Shown here: piece after piece, positions 62,169-64,000 of the stretch
Layout of the letters: every line of letters starts with the position of its first letter
Numbering within the stretch: position 1 is the stretch's first letter
Assembly: GCA_013239625.1 (NCBI GenBank)
Contig: MU053557.1
Coordinates: 2,944,123 to 3,008,122, forward strand
Reading direction: 5' to 3'
DNA length: 64,000 bases
From: Lama guanicoe
Lineage: Eukaryota
Made by a program: the position numbers and the translations under genes
The notes under the pieces: model-generated
What the model was told of the DNA's origin: nothing
What the model saw: the letters and a program-made list of their open reading frames with translations, nothing else
The model's database searches: none

Positions 62169-64000
62169 AAATGACAAATGCTGGAGAGGCTGTGGAGAAA
62201 GGGGAACACTCCTACACTGCTGGTGGGAATGCAGTTTGGTGCAGCCACTATGGAAAACAGTGTGGAGAGTCCTCAAAAGACTAGGAATAGACTTACCATA
62301 AGACCCAGGAATCCCACTCCGGGGCTTGTATCCAGAAGGAACCCTACTTCAGGATGACACCTGCACCCCAATGTTCATAGCAGCACTATTTACAATAGCC
62401 AAAACATGGAAACAGCCTTAATGTCCATCAAAAGGTGACTGGATAAAGAAGATGTGGTATATTTATACAACGGAATACTACTCAGCCATAAAAACCGACA
62501 ACATAATGCCATTTGCAGCAACATGGGTGCTCCTGGAGAATGTCATTCTAAGTGAAGTAAGCCAGAAAGAGAAAGAAAAATACCATATGAGATCACTCAT
62601 ATGTGGAATCTAAAAAACAAAAACAAAAACAAACAAACAAACAAAAACAAAGTGTAAATACGAGACAGAAATACACTCATAGACAGAGAATACAGACTTG
62701 TGGTTGCCAGGGGGGTAGAGGGTGGGAAGGGATAGACTGGGATTTCAAAATTGTAGAATAGATAAACAAGATTACACTGTATAGCACAGGGAAATATACA
62801 CAAAACGTTATGATAACTCACAAAGAAAAAAATGTGACAATGAGTGTGTATATGTCCATGAATGACTGCAAAATTGTGCTGAACACTGGAATTTGACACA
62901 ACATTGTAAAATGATTATAAATCAATAAAAAATGTTAAAAAAAAAAAGAAAAGGATAAAGCAAAGGGGATTCAAATTTGCACTTATATTTCAGCTAAGTT
63001 ATCCTTATCGCAACTTTTAGAAAACGCCAAACCTCTCCCAGTTGTGTTTATAATGCGATGAGTAATAACATACTCCCTATTCTCTGCTCACAGCGGAACT
63101 CAGATGATGATTCCATTACAACCCTTCCCCAGGTAGTCCTGTATTTGGAAGCTAAGCTGACTTTATCTCCAGGTTCCAGAGTGGATTCTGACGGCCAAAA
63201 TCAAAGTAATCTCTGTTGCCACGGGCACAGTGATTCCTTCAGTTAACTTTAGCTTAAAGCAAGCAGTACATGCATTCCCCTGACTAGAGAATTTAGCTAA
63301 ATTTAGTTCAATGAGGTATATACTGATGACATGGTATGTGGACATGAAGCTAGAAACCACAGTAGCCATAGGGGAGTTTGGTCAGTGAGCAATATAGACA
63401 CCATCAAAAGTGCTGAGAACTTCATAAGTATTATTTGTGTTATTCCCCTAAAGTTCCTGATAGTTTCTGTGAAAAGTTTGACAGCCCTGTACCCTTCCCA
63501 TGGGTAAGTATTTCTAGGACATCGTCATTCAAATTAGCACATACAGTTTGCAATTCATCCATGCTACAGAAGTCACCGATGCTATTTCATCCAACTAACG
63601 TGCATGAAAACGCATCCTCCTCCAGTGCTCCTGACCCTGTCACTGTTACCTTTCCTGAAGCACTAACCTTCCATGCCTTTTGTGGGCAGTGCAAGGATAG
63701 GGAGGTATTTCCTAGCACAGATAATGAGCACTCGGTTCTGTTTCCACTCAGGAAAGTCACGAACTGCAGGTGAACAGCTAAAGTGCGTTTCACAGTTTAA
63801 CATTTATTAAGCATAATTCCTTCAACTTGGTTTGTTCTAAGTTTCATCTTGCTTTGTTGAATTTGAAGTATCTTTCCCTTCACTGGGAAATGCCCCCGTA
63901 GAAGCCTCCATTTCTTTTCCTTGGAATAAGAAATATTATCAAAAGCGAGTAACTTGCTTTTTAGTATTAGAAAGCTGTTGTCAAAGAAGTGTGCACCCAC

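Larger units (their letters stand above)
60574..62947 (+). mobile_element. Young L1, 5'-truncated with 5' inversion (60574-60866 antisense, 60867-62947 sense)
   Basis: Perfect 15-bp TSD gaaaaggataaagca (60559-60573, 62948-62962); aataaa plus poly-A; ORF2 pieces on both strands. Confidence 0.97.

Noticed and set aside
61047..62276. ORFs of 326-375 aa in the ORF track
   Set aside because: Their length is an artefact of the N gap; the real part is a truncated L1 ORF2 fragment.
1..64000. A novel multi-gene biological system
   Set aside because: No intact host or viral genes, operon-like structure or arrays; the content is explained by known mammalian repeat classes and local rearrangements.

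Overview
Mammalian genomic DNA, most likely camelid (alpaca, llama or camel), judged from four tRNA-derived Vic-1-like SINEs. It is intergenic or deep intronic and dominated by transposable elements: old and young L1, L2, many MIRs, MaLR/ERVL and ERV1 solo LTRs, and Tigger and hAT DNA-transposon relics. There are two assembly gaps (55761-55795 and 61299-62168). I found no host protein-coding gene, RNA gene or CRISPR-like system. The only recognisable protein sequence is L1 ORF2 (RT and CCHC regions); the other listed ORFs look spurious. The most notable structures are: (1) a ~205-bp local copy of an L1 tail plus its unique 3' flank placed ~1.5 kb upstream of the source, with template-switch scars; (2) a twin-primed, 5'-inverted young L1 with a perfect 15-bp TSD; (3) a young CpG-retaining ERV1-type LTR with a gap inside it; (4) a fold-back 5' junction on a short L1; (5) an orphan L1 5' end carrying a YY1 site next to a consensus splice donor; (6) a candidate minus-strand exon. 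Repeat family names come from my recollection of consensus sequences and need RepeatMasker/Dfam confirmation. Boundaries without TSDs are approximate.
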